Shown: positions 13,673 through 25,186 of the stretch, piece by piece | Numbering within the stretch: the stretch's first letter is position 1 | How the letters are laid out: each line of letters opens with the position of its first letter | Origin: Rhina ancylostomus | Lineage: Eukaryota | Length of the DNA: 64,000 nucleotides | Assembly (NCBI GenBank): GCA_030265395.1 | Contig: JARFYF010000055.1 | Coordinates: 22,101,747 to 22,165,746, forward strand | Direction: 5' to 3' | The notes under the pieces: generated by a model | The model's database searches: none | What the model was told of the DNA's origin: nothing | The model's input: the letters and a program-made list of their open reading frames with translations, nothing else | Program-made: the position numbers and the translations under genes

Positions 13673-16600
13673 AGCATTTTGTGCTTGAACGGGTGTTGGC
13701 TTTCACCTCAAGTCAGCTGCTGTACTTATGAGAACTAATTTTGGTGCCATGTTTTACCCACCTTCAACTTGAGGGATTTTAACTCTTCATCGCTGGCCCA
13801 CCCTACCTCTTGTAAAAATGAAACAAAAAAAAACAAAAATTGACTTTACTGGTCAATGTGCTGTCAGTACAGAGATTTGTCTACTTTCCACTGCTAACTC
13901 TGCTACTGTGAGAATAACCTGCCATTTATTTCCAGTTCAAGAAGCTGAATACCAAGCAACAGTTGTTAAATCTGCCTTTTTAAGAAGTGGCACTGAAAAT
14001 GGGAATGTTACCTTCAAACCTTTTTGAAAGGATTAAAGTTCTGTCACAAGTGATTTAGTCTGAATTTTGAATGTCATTAAAGTAGAAATTTGTTTCTGTT
14101 GATCTGAAAAATAGTGCACTACAATATTACTGCAGAAATCTCCCTTGTAGAATAGATTTTATTTTTTTATTCAGTGGAGTATTGTGTTGTGTCAGCTGCA
14201 AACATTTTGTAATGTTATTACCTGATGGCAAGTGGTATGTGTGTATCCAATCAAGTAATTGGGTTCAGTTTGAGCTGGGGAACTGCAGTGGGACTTAAAT
14301 TCCACACTTGGACTGAAGTAGACTGGGTCTGAAATATTATCTGTCCTTTCATGTTAACTGGTTGATTCCACATGAATTGTATACATGGTTATTGCCAAAC
14401 AGATTGGTTTCAAATTGGGTATGGGTTGGTATATGCCATTGATTTGATGGAACTAACTTTACCTTGTGTAAATGAAGAAAAACAATCATTCGTAAACTGG
14501 TGTAAAGCTGTTTTTTCATTGTATTTTGGTTAAAATTGTCTAAATGGCCTTAACTACTCTTGTGCTCTTCCTTTTAAACCCTATTTTGTAGAGGTGATCT
14601 GTTTAAACGAATGTAACCTTTTTACCATCTGAACCAGTGGTTTTAAATTGGCTTTGAACCTTGTGCCAACATTTAAGAACTGGATAGGTCTGTAAGATGT
14701 GAGCTGCATTTTACTTTAAAGCTTAAGATGCTTCTGATTCCCACTGTTGGTAATTGTTTTGAGCTTTAGCTTGGTCAGTGTGATTTTTTCAGAGTATTTC
14801 AAATACACTTGTATTTGATATCACAAGATGCATTAGAGCAATAGGCTAAAATTCAGCAAATGGCCTCTTTGGAGAAATTTGGTATGGTGCGGACTCTTAA
14901 TTTGAATATCTAATCTGGGAGCCTCCAAATCCAGCTGTTCGTCATTTCTATCCAGACAACAGAACTGAAGGATTTTCAGTATCCCATTAACAGATTACAA
15001 GGATGAATAGTGGCATTGCAGTGACAATTGTCTCCACAATATTCTGAAATAACAAGGTTTGTTCAGTTAGAATGAATTCCAATTTTTTCTTAAATATACC
15101 TAACCAAAAAGTGCAACTTTTACCTTGCTCTTTGTACATTTTTTGCCCTGTATGGTACTAACAAGCTTAGTTTTTTAAAAAAAACTTGACATCAGACATC
15201 TCCTTTTATCCTACTTTGATGTAAACATTTAGTATAAATTGGGGATGTGAAAACTTGTTTGAAATTTGGTTTTGCAACATGTAATGGTCTTGGATGTGCT
15301 TATTTGCCTGAGTTTTTATCTACTTATGGTTTAGTTGACTTCTGTTTATAAATCTAGAGTGGCCTTATGAAAACAGCCAGATGGTAAACCTGTTTTTGGC
15401 CTCCATTGTCAGGACACAAATCTATTATAAGTTTTAGTGTTTTTATTTAAAAACAACTTGTTACTTTGTAGAATGAGGGTTCTTATAGGCAGTTACATAC
15501 CTCCTTTGCATGACTACACACATTCACGTTTGTGGTGTCCATTATACAAGGAAGCATGCTGTTAAGTTTGGAGCTTGCACTTTCCTGAAACCTTGCCATG
15601 TAGTTGCATATGTGATAGGAAGTTTAAGATATTTTGTATTATAGTGATGCTTTCTTTCAGTTATTTCTTCCCTTTGGTATTTTTAATGGAAATTGCATTT
15701 ACATGATTTGAGTACATTTTCACAAATGAAATTGAATGTTAAGATTAAAAGTTAAAACTTCAAACCTTAGTGATTCACTATTATTGTTAATGTTTAGTTG
15801 CACCTGAATGTGAAGATCAATGTTATAGTTTTCAGTGGTGTGACTGGTGCAGCTGGAAACAATAAGCAGTACTTTGGTTATTAGAACTAGTGATAAAGGT
15901 TGGGAGTACAGTGACCACACTGGGGCTCCTTGAATGCAGTGAGGGAGAATGGGCTGAGGGAGAACACTGATCAGGTTGGTCGGTGTATCAACAGTTTATA
16001 GATGCTTGTCCTTTCTGTATCTTCCTGTATCCCTTGACAATTTCCTTTTCTCATCAAAAGTTCAAGTTCCCTTCTGTTGGTTGGTATCCAATACATCATG
16101 CAAGACTAATTCTAGTGTCACCTTTGTCATCTGAATATTGTCTTGTTTTATTTCCAGGCTGGGTCAGGTTCACTGATTTTTTTTCTTTCCAATTGGTCTT
16201 GAGCTGTTTTTAAGAAAAATCACTGCTGAAGTTTTCTAAATAGTGGCTTGGAACACTGGATTGCATTCAATGATTTTACTGTTTCATAAACCTTCACGGA
16301 AGGTTTAAATTCCTCCTGAGCTACATGTGTCAAGGATAGCTAAAATCAGTTGGTTTGTGTTTGGGCACACATTCCCTCAACCCCGCACGCCTGCCCCCCA
16401 CCCCCTTTAATCTTCCGCTCCTTTAAACTAATTTGCCATAGGAAACATTAAAATGAGAATGTTAGAGGTATACCAAGTATTATTGCTGTAACCAAAGGTT
16501 ACTTGAGCAGTGAGCTTTGCTTTCCAAAAGTGGTTTCTGTTGATCCAACTGTGGGAGATAGCAAAGAAGTTTGAGTGGATTTGGGTGATGGTAAAGCAAG

Positions 16601-17400
16601 TGTTTATGTATTTAAAACCTTGTTTCTTTTGTACTTTCTCCCTCTGATTCTTCTACAATTCCACCTTGGTACCTTCCCCCTAGAGTATTACACAATGAGG
16701 TCACAAGATAGAAAATGGCAGTATAAAAAGAGAGCTGATTCCTGTTGCATTAGGATATCTAGCAACTAAACTTGCTGGATGTAAATGACAGAATAAAGGT
16801 CAAAATTGAGAATTGTATGTAGCTTTTTTATTTTTGGGAGGTTTAAAAATTGTCAGTGCTTAGGACTAGTTTTTCCATAGGTGTATGTTTGGAATACAAA
16901 TTGGAAACAGATCTAGGTTTTAAAGTAGCAGAAGGGGCACAAACTTGTTCTAATCACTTAACATTTTCATGGAATGTCATATGATTTTTAGAATGTGCGC
17001 TTACTTAACATGCAGAACAGCCAGTGGTATGGCTGTTGCCTCTTTATAAAGCAAATAATAGCCCTTCTGTTGAGGTAATATTTGCTATTTGTGTTTCATG
17101 TAATAGATGTATTGTTTGTGGAGACCATGCCTTTGTCTAGAAAGTTACTTTACTTCACCATTCAATGCCATTTGTTTCATTGAAATTCATTAAACAAATA
17201 CAATACCAACTATGATTCTCAACTTTGTATATTTGAAAGGGTTTTGTAAACTTTCTGCATAAAGATTTTGTTTTGGTTTCCACTTTTATTCCAGATCGTG
17301 GCTAGTTTTTTTACATTATATATAATTTAAAAACACCAGCCCTCAATTAAATAGAAATTGGAAGATTGCAATAAAGAGCAGTGGGCTTGGTGAAATTGTT
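13673..17400 (+). other. akirin1: Putative akirin1 3'UTR (3' end uncertain)
   Basis: U-rich and free of recognisable transposons after the stop codon. Candidate signals are ATTAAA (~14032, ~14076) and AATAAA (~16792, ~17370). The extent is inferred. Confidence 0.45.
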
Positions 17401-17894
17401 CAAATGTTCAATATCTCAGAATTTAATGCTTAAAATGTGCACAGTGTATGATGGCCTATTAGTGTGGATTTCATTCTTGTTCCTTTTTAATCAAAACAAT
17501 GATGGCAAAATATTTATTTTTGCAAAAATATTGGGGTGCTGTTCAGTAACCCAGTGCACCTATATTTTAAGTATTATCAATAGCCATGCTTAATGGCTAT
17601 GTGACTTGCACATCACCTGGAATGTTGAAGATTAGTTAGTTGCCCCATTTATGTTTAAACTCCTGTAAGTAATTTAACATTTTGTTAAAATGTTGAAGTA
17701 GCAGAGTTGCATTTTTTTTACTGGTGAAATCTATGCTTGGATAATGTGTTGCAAATTGGGCTATGTGTGTTCTTTTTTTTTGAAGTTTTGCTCTGCAGAC
17801 TGTCGTAATGGGACCATTTTAAAATACTCCAAATCCTCTTCTGGAATTTTGAGATGTTATGCATCTGAGGCATTTCAGATATCAATTGGAAGGA

Positions 17895-18124
17895 GTCAGA
17901 GTACTACAGCTCAAAAATGGGCCCTTTGGCCCATCTAGTCCATGCCAACCTGACCTAATGCCTAATCCCATCTACCTGGAGCATATCTCTTCAAACCCCT
18001 CCCATCCATGTACCTATCCAAACTTCTCAAGTGTTACAATTGAACCTGCATCTACTAGTTCTGCTGGCAGCTCATTCCACACTCACACCACCCTCTGAGT
18101 GAAGAAGTTTCCCACAGATTCCCC
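17895..18124 (-). mobile_element. CR1 LINE 3' tail fragment
   Basis: ggccctttggcccatctagtccatgcc...ggcagctcattccacactcacaccaccctctgagtgaagaag; the minus frame reads NFFTQRVV. Confidence 0.75.
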
Positions 18125-18134
18125 NNNNNNNNNN

Positions 18135-18830
18135 CATAAACAGGGTGTTGGCAACAGGAAGTGAAGGTGCAGGGTAAGTCGAGATAAAGAATGGGTCTTC
18201 GCAGAAAGAAATTGGCTTAAGATAAAATCAGTTGTGGTAAATGGTTTTGCAAACTGGAGGATAGTAGGCAAAGATGTTCCCAAGACCCTGGTGTTAATAT
18301 CCTTTTGATGGCTTGAATATGCAGGGTTTTTTAAATGTGTATTTCCAAATTTGTCATGCATAAATTGATGTCAAGAGCATAGAATGGCACAATTTTTGAA
18401 GGTGAAATTTTAATACAGACACGAGAAGCATTTTGGTAGAAAGAAGCTATTTTGATTCAGTGGCAGAATTCTAGGCATGTGAAGGAACAAGGACCTGCGT
18501 TGTAGGTTGTGGAGCAAACCAGTTGTATTTGCACACCAAGAGTTGATCTCCCTGTACCCTCTATTACAATTGTGACTAAAACACTTGGGACTGAATGACG
18601 TGTTTAAAATGTAGCAGTATGTTATAAATGATTTGGAAATCATGGGAATGGTGCTGAGAAAAGCAAGGCTGTAATGCAGGAAAAGATGAACAGACTGGGT
18701 GTCTCCACCAGAAAAGTCAAATCTAGTAGAGGGTTTTGAACATTTTGGCAAAGGTTCTGATAAAGTGGAAGTTATGTATCAATTTGTGTGTGGGGAGGAT
18801 AGAAACATCTAGAGACCACCAATAGGAGTA
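18135..18830 (+). mobile_element. Old, degraded CR1-like RT fragment
   Basis: Diffuse similarity to the CR1 RT region seen elsewhere in the window (tggttttgcaaactggagg...gttccc; tattttgattcagtggcag). Confidence 0.5.
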
Positions 18831-18904
18831 TCACAATTACCCACTAAAGAATGAGGGAATAGAAGGTTGTGCTAGCTAGATAAGAGTTTGGGAATGTCAA
18901 ATGA

Positions 18905-19255
18905 GACAATCTCCACTTCAATGTCTTGAGCTCATACAGGCTGACATTCCAATATAGTTTGTTAAATGGTCAATGTGCCATCTTGTAGGTGATATTAAAC
19001 TGAAGCAGCAGCTGGAAGTATTTCTCTCGAACAATTTTCAAAAAAGCAAGGGCATTGTCCCATGACTTAGCTAGTATTCATCAACATCTTACTTGGTTAT
19101 TGCTGTATTCTTTGTATATAAGCTTACTGTGGACAAATTTATCTACTGTGCTGCTTGTGTATGACAGCTTCTTCATTGACTGCAATCAGTTTCCAACTGC
19201 AAGGTATTTTGGGACATGCTGTGGTGCTGACTCTAACTGCAAATCTTTGTCACTT
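18905..19255 (+). mobile_element. Degraded Deu-domain SINE (SacSINE1/AmnSINE-like)
   Basis: caggctgacattcc...gtgccatctt...attaaactgaag...cttactgtggacaaattt resembles the Deu-SINE core (recognised from memory). Confidence 0.45.
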
Positions 19256-21399
19256 CAAGATGAGCAAAAATTAACCAGAAAAGACTTCCTTCAGCCCAAA
19301 ATCTAAGTCAGATTAGTCCAATGTATTGCTTTCCTGTATAAACAGACAAATTGGGGAGGAAAAATGACTGGACTTCTATTAAATTTTTGCTCTTTAATCA
19401 ATACCCTATCATGTCAATTTTTTAATGGCACAAACCATTGAAATGCCCTCTTCAAATACAGCCTTTACTCGAAAGTACCAGGATTCAAGTAAGATGTAAT
19501 AAAAGTGCTTGTAAATACAATTTGTATTTAAGATAATTATGTAGAAATCTCAGTTTGAAGTAATCCAAGTGAAGTAAAGGTGTGATTTCTAATGGGGAGG
19601 TGTATTAAAATTGAGGAAATGACTAAAGCTGCAGGAAACCTTTATGTCACTATTATGCAAGCTTAGTTTTTAAAAATTAACAGTCCTACCCAATTTAAAT
19701 CCAGTTGAGATTCGTCCTAGAAAATTTCTTTCCAGAGGTTTACCGTGCTAATTTGAAATGGTTGGGTCCACCAGATAAACTTAATGCTATTTTGCTGCGT
19801 CTATTGTGTATAAATTACATAAATAAATGTTTTCCCACTTTCTAACACATTGTGGCAGTCTTGAGCTTGGCCAGATATGATACTTTAACTACATAGGGAT
19901 AATTGGAGACCTGTTACAACTGATAGTTGCTCTGACTTTTCTGTAGCTTATTTGTGCAATTTATTCTCCAGACGAAAGCAATAATACCAAGATTTTAAAA
20001 ACTTTTGCCAATGGCCAATATTGTACTTCATTTTTCAGTCTACACGCATTGAGGAGATAATGCAATTAATCAGAAGGTGCTGGTCTTAATGCCTGTCCCT
20101 AAAAAGCTAGCAATGTAAAACTTTGGCAGATGCATTGCTAAACTGGGGCGTTTGTAGATGGGTGTTAATGATCCCGAGGAATAATGAAGGACTATCGTTT
20201 CTGTCAATTTATGTTTAGATATAACTACATCCCAGATGCTACTATTTTAAATTTTATAGTAGTTTTATCTCTCTTCTAGTTGTGAGGTAGGTCATTGACC
20301 TGAAACTATTTCTCTCTCCATGCTAGTTGAGAGTTCCTCCATTTTCTATTTTTATTTTACTCCTTTTTGGGGGGTGGGGAAGAAATCATATCTCANNNNN
20401 NNNNNNNNNNNNNNNNNNNNNNNNNNNNNNNNNNNNNNNNNNNNNNNNNNNNNNNNNNNNNNNNNNNNNNNNNNNNNNNNNNNNNNNNNNNNNNNNNNNN
20501 NNNNNNNNNNNNNNNNNNNNNNNNNNNNNNNNNCCCAACCCCCCCCCCCCCCCCCAGTACGAACCTGTGTCCTTTTGCTATGGTTAGGGCCAATCTCTAC
20601 TCAGAATTTTAAATATCTGTATCAGGATTAATTCACTCTTTTAGCTGATGTTAACCTTAAACCAACCATGGGACTGTATTTAGTCAGTGCTACAGATCAT
20701 TATTGTCTATTTGGAACCTGAGTGTGGTCCTGTTTTCCCAACACAGAACTTGCATCTCCTACAAAATTGGCCGAAATCTCTTGGAATTTGCTGCCATGAC
20801 TGCGCGGTAGTTTCGGTCTCTTAAACCCACAAGAACCTGACTCCGATCTATTTACTAGGAAACCGGGTAAATACACAGTGATTTACACGTTTATTTTAAT
20901 GGAGTTAAATGTATTTGATGCTTTTGAATCTTTAAAATGTTTATTTTTTAACCAAGGCTCAACTTGAACAATCTTATGTGGGCAGGTGCTGGGCAACCTT
21001 GGACAGTCCCGCTTCCTGGAAGAGTCGGGCAAATATTTCCTTTCAGTTTGAGCAGTAGTCTTTCCCTGAATGATTGTCCCGAGTGGATTACTTCAGAGAA
21101 TTTCGTTTTTGAGAGAGGTGCTATTCATCTGCTCCTCCGATCCTATATTCAAGTTTTCCTGCAGCTTATTCTATTGTTTTGGAGTCCGCCACCTTTGTTA
21201 CTTATGTACTTAAAGCTATTGAGGCATTTAAACACAAATGACCTCGAGATCCAGGAATTTGTTGCATTTTACACTATATAATCGCCTGTGCCTTTGCTTT
21301 TAAAATGTCTTAGTATGTCAAACTAGAGGAGGGTTGCTCTTTTGAAAACAAAAGCACGGTTAAAAAGAGGGGAAAATGATTGTACAAACAACTTTAATT

Positions 21400-22616
21400 T
21401 TTTAGGTCGAATTCATGAAGCCAAGCCGGGAGCAGGGCCAAGCTCAACATCGTTGGATGCTGCGAAAAAGAGGAACGAAGCGTTAGCAACTGCAATGCCA
21501 ACATTGGCCATCACGCCGAGCGTTTCAGATGGAATGGATTACTAGGAAAACTCATTAATTCTACAACCGTTTGTAACACACCCGGCGGTGGGGGTTGGTC
21601 TGGTTTGCTGCACCTCCTGACGAGGGACGGTGCCTTTGCCCCAAGGGCAGCATCAGCGGTGCAAAAGGATACAAACAAGTCGGGTTACCCACGTGCCCAG
21701 TTAGTGCGGGGGCAACTAACCGGCCGGCCGGGCATCGCAGCGCTTGACGACTGCGGGAAACAGGAGCACGGGAGCCGGCCGAGCCGGTGACATTGAGCGG
21801 CAGGCTGGGGGGCGCGCATACGCGTCCGTCGCAGCATGGCACCGAGCGTGGGCTGGTGGGCGTGAGTAGGGGCGCGCCGGCTGCAGGGTGGGACTGAGCA
21901 TGCGCCCCGTCTTCTGGCGGGAGGCGGGCTCGCGCGCAGGGTGGGACTGAGCACGCGCGCCCGCCGGGGGTGGGGCTGAGCGCGAGCGGGGCGGGTGGGC
22001 GTTTGAAGCGAGTGGCGGTTGGAGGCGTCGACGATGGAGGTGCAGGGGGAGAAGTGGGGCCGGAGCTGGAGGATCCGGCGGAGGAAGAGGAACCGAGAGA
22101 AGGGCTGCAAGGTCCGCAGCAGGATGAGGCACCAGAGCAGCCGGCGGGAGAAGGAGAAGGAGAAGCACCGCCGGGGCGGGAGGAAGAGGGAGGCCGCCGA
22201 GGGGCCGGCGGGCAGCGAGGAGCCGGCGGGGGAGCCGCAGCCCGGGGAGGAGAGGGAGGGGACGGACGAGCAAGGAGAGGGGGAGCGCCGGGAGCCCGAT
22301 CCGGAGAGCCTGGAGGGTCAGCGGGGGCCGAAGCAGAGAGAGCCGGGGACCGTCGACCCGCCGGGGCCAGAGGGTGAGAGGCCCCGGGCCCCGAGCTCAA
22401 CGGGCCGGGAGGAGCGGGCGGCCGCCGAGGAGAAGGTGGCGGAGGGAGAGCAGCCGAGGGGGAGCCCAGGAACGGAGGAGCCCGAGCAGCAGGAGGACCC
22501 CGAGAAGCAGGAGGACCCAGCCCCGGCCGGGCCACCGGGAGCCGAGCTGGAGCACAGCGGGGAGGATGAGGAGAAGGACGAGGACCAGGCTGCCGCCGAG
22601 CTCGGCAGCGTGAAGG
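21400..22616. promoter_or_regulatory. CpG island / promoter
   Basis: Abrupt switch to very high GC with dense CpG in an otherwise CpG-depleted, AT-rich window. Contains GC boxes (ggggcggg ~21988) and NRF1-like gcatgcgc/gcacgcgc motifs. It continues into the gap at 22617. Confidence 0.9.
22034..22616 (+). CDS. Unidentified Glu/Pro/Gly-rich low-complexity protein (5' part; truncated by gap 22617-22953)
   Basis: ATG in a strong Kozak context (acgATGG) inside the CpG island, open for ~194 codons up to the gap. From 22190 it shows a GAG/CCG/GCC codon pattern (EAAEGPAGSEEPAGEPQPGEE...EDEEKDEDQAAAELGSVK). No recognisable domain in the visible part. Confidence 0.6.
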
Positions 22617-23132
22617 NNNNNNNNNNNNNNNNNNNNNNNNNNNNNNNNNNNNNNNNNNNNNNNNNNNNNNNNNNNNNNNNNNNNNNNNNNNNNNNNNNNN
22701 NNNNNNNNNNNNNNNNNNNNNNNNNNNNNNNNNNNNNNNNNNNNNNNNNNNNNNNNNNNNNNNNNNNNNNNNNNNNNNNNNNNNNNNNNNNNNNNNNNNN
22801 NNNNNNNNNNNNNNNNNNNNNNNNNNNNNNNNNNNNNNNNNNNNNNNNNNNNNNNNNNNNNNNNNNNNNNNNNNNNNNNNNNNNNNNNNNNNNNNNNNNN
22901 NNNNNNNNNNNNNNNNNNNNNNNNNNNNNNNNNNNNNNNNNNNNNNNNNNNNNGGGGGGTAGATTAAGCTATAATATATATCTTCAATGTGTAATTTGTT
23001 CTTGAATAAGTTTTAATCACAATTAGCACGTTTTTGAAGAAGTATGTTCTTGTAGTTAGAATTCATTTCACTTTTGTAATCGGTCTGATTTTCTACTGTT
23101 TGTGGTATTTAATGTAAGTTATTAGATCAATT

Positions 23133-23138
23133 AATAAA
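23133..23138 (+). terminator. Candidate polyadenylation signal of the CpG-island gene
   Basis: AATAAA at the end of a ~180-nt U-rich, 3'UTR-like tract directly after the gap. Confidence 0.4.
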
Positions 23139-23547
23139 ACTCATTTCAATGTTTTACATGGTTTGCAATAGACTGTAGTCAACGTTAGTCGTGATGGAAG
23201 GCTGTTAAGGCATTAACAGTTACCAGTAAAACAACATGTGTAGCCTGCAGTTCTATCCGACTGCTAACAGCAATTTAGGAACATTATTATCCTAATTTCA
23301 GTAAGCCAAGTCAGGACTTTCTAAAGGATATGATGTACATGGGGGAAATAAGCTTAAGCCTTAGCATGAATATGCAGTGCATTACAGGAATTAGAAATTG
23401 TTCCTGCATTTTAGTGAATTCTAATTCCTTGGAAGGACACCTCTCACTTACGTCCTGGAGTATTGATGATACAATAATAAAACTATGTCATAAATACACA
23501 GTAGGGAATTAAAACCCTGTGGACCTGTGTGATAACAGAGAACTGGA

Positions 23548-23672
23548 GACACAAAAGATTGCAGATTGTGTAATCTGGAGTAAAAGAAAAACAAACAGCT
23601 GGAGGATCTCAGCAATTGGGTATTATCTGTGGAGGCAAAGGGATGGTTGATATTTCAGGTCAAGACCCTGCA
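23548..23672. mobile_element. Penelope-like terminal repeat fragment
   Basis: tgcaga..tg.aatctggag...ctggagga.ctcagc...atctgtggaggc motif, recurring at ~3290, ~12130, ~32197, ~35690 and ~52672. Penelope class is assigned from recall. Confidence 0.55.
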
Positions 23673-24894
23673 ATTTGTTTTTCGACAACAGAGAACAGTG
23701 GATATAGAGATTGTTGTCACTGTCCACTCAGGTGCAATAGATGGCCACAAATTTGGCAGCAGTTTAAAATATAAGTAGGCCAATTGGTCCTCCAAGGCTG
23801 CTCCACTATTCAACAGCATCAGATATTGTCTGAAGTTAATCCCCTGAAGAGAGGATAGTGAGATAGAATAAGTGGTAGGTATCCGCCAAGGGGGAAGGAG
23901 TATTGTATAAATTGTAACTTATTGGATACTAGAAAAATCAAGAGAAATGAGGTTATTGCAGGGAAGTTGCACTGAGGTAAAAGATCAGTCATGATTATAT
24001 TGAATGGCAGCACAGGAACAGGCGTACCTCTTTTGCTATTTCTTATGTTCCTATGATTGCAACCATGGCATCTGTAGTTTTCAGTTTTCCCTCTGGCCTA
24101 GGATACATTCTGTTAAGGCCAGATGTTCTTTCTTTTTCACTTGGAGCTGTTCCTATATTTTAAATGCATCTAAGTGTATTTCATTTTATTCTATCCATTT
24201 TTTCTACCATTGTGACATGCACAGAACTCTTTATGGAAGTAAATGCAAAGTAATGATTCAATACCTCAAACATGCTCTCTGCCTTCACAATCTATTTCTT
24301 TTAATAGTTACTAATTAGCCCCACCCTTAAACTGTTTTTACCATTTATGACATTTTGGTTTTATGTTACTTATTAATTTACTCTATTAAACTCCCTGAAT
24401 CATGCCAAAGTCTATAGGCTTGACAACACTACAGAATTAACCCAACAATTATAGGCTAATGGTGGTGGTGGGGAATCTTTTAAATCATTACTCCTGGACA
24501 AAATATGTGGCTTTGCCTGTCTTTCCTCTCCCCCTCTTTGGAGTATGTCCAGTCTGCTCTTTGAAGGCTTTGCATTGCTCATCTTTAACCACAATTCCCA
24601 GATTTTTTAAAGTCTTTATGGAACAAGCCATGATTTACTTATAAATCACATTCCTTCCCATGCCTGTAAATGATAGAACATCACACTGATGCCTAAAACT
24701 CCTGAGTTCTAATATTCCCTGAGTTCTAGTTTGTTAAGGCAATAAAACATCTTTTTTGCATAAATCACCAATCCAAGGGTGGTAATTATTAATTTTTGTG
24801 TCTATCAAAAAATTCCAAGTTACAATATTTAGTGATGATTGATTTGGCATATACTCATAATGTTAGATAGATTGCAAGCAAATTACCATTCTCT

Positions 24895-25186
24895 GAAAAA
24901 AATTGTGATATCCTTGTCAACTGATGCAAATCACTGGTCTATGACTGCTCAAAATGGAGAAGCAACATCCAGGTAAGCGCAGAGCACCTTGGTTCTGTAA
25001 CAGGAGCATGCGGAGGCCATGTGCAAACAGTGGAAGAAGTGCAAAACTTTGTAAAATACCCTCATGCCCTCTCAAGTAGCACCTATTACCGATTGTGATT
25101 CCCCTCACAGGACTCTGGCTACCTCAGAACCTACAGAAGTGGATGGAAGCAAGACATCCTTCATATCAAGGAACTGCCTAAGAAGG
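24895..25186 (+). mobile_element. RTE-type LINE 3' end remnant
   Basis: tgactgctcaaaatggagaag...cctcagaacctacagaagtgga.ggaagcaag.catcct...gaactgcctaagaag resembles the 3' terminus of RTE-clade LINEs (recall). Confidence 0.6.

Noticed and set aside
21561-22535. 324-aa and 185-aa minus-strand Pro/Ser/Ala-rich ORFs
   Set aside because: They are the antisense shadow of the GAG/GGG-rich + strand ORF. GC-rich sequence rarely contains stops, and these ORFs have no independent support.
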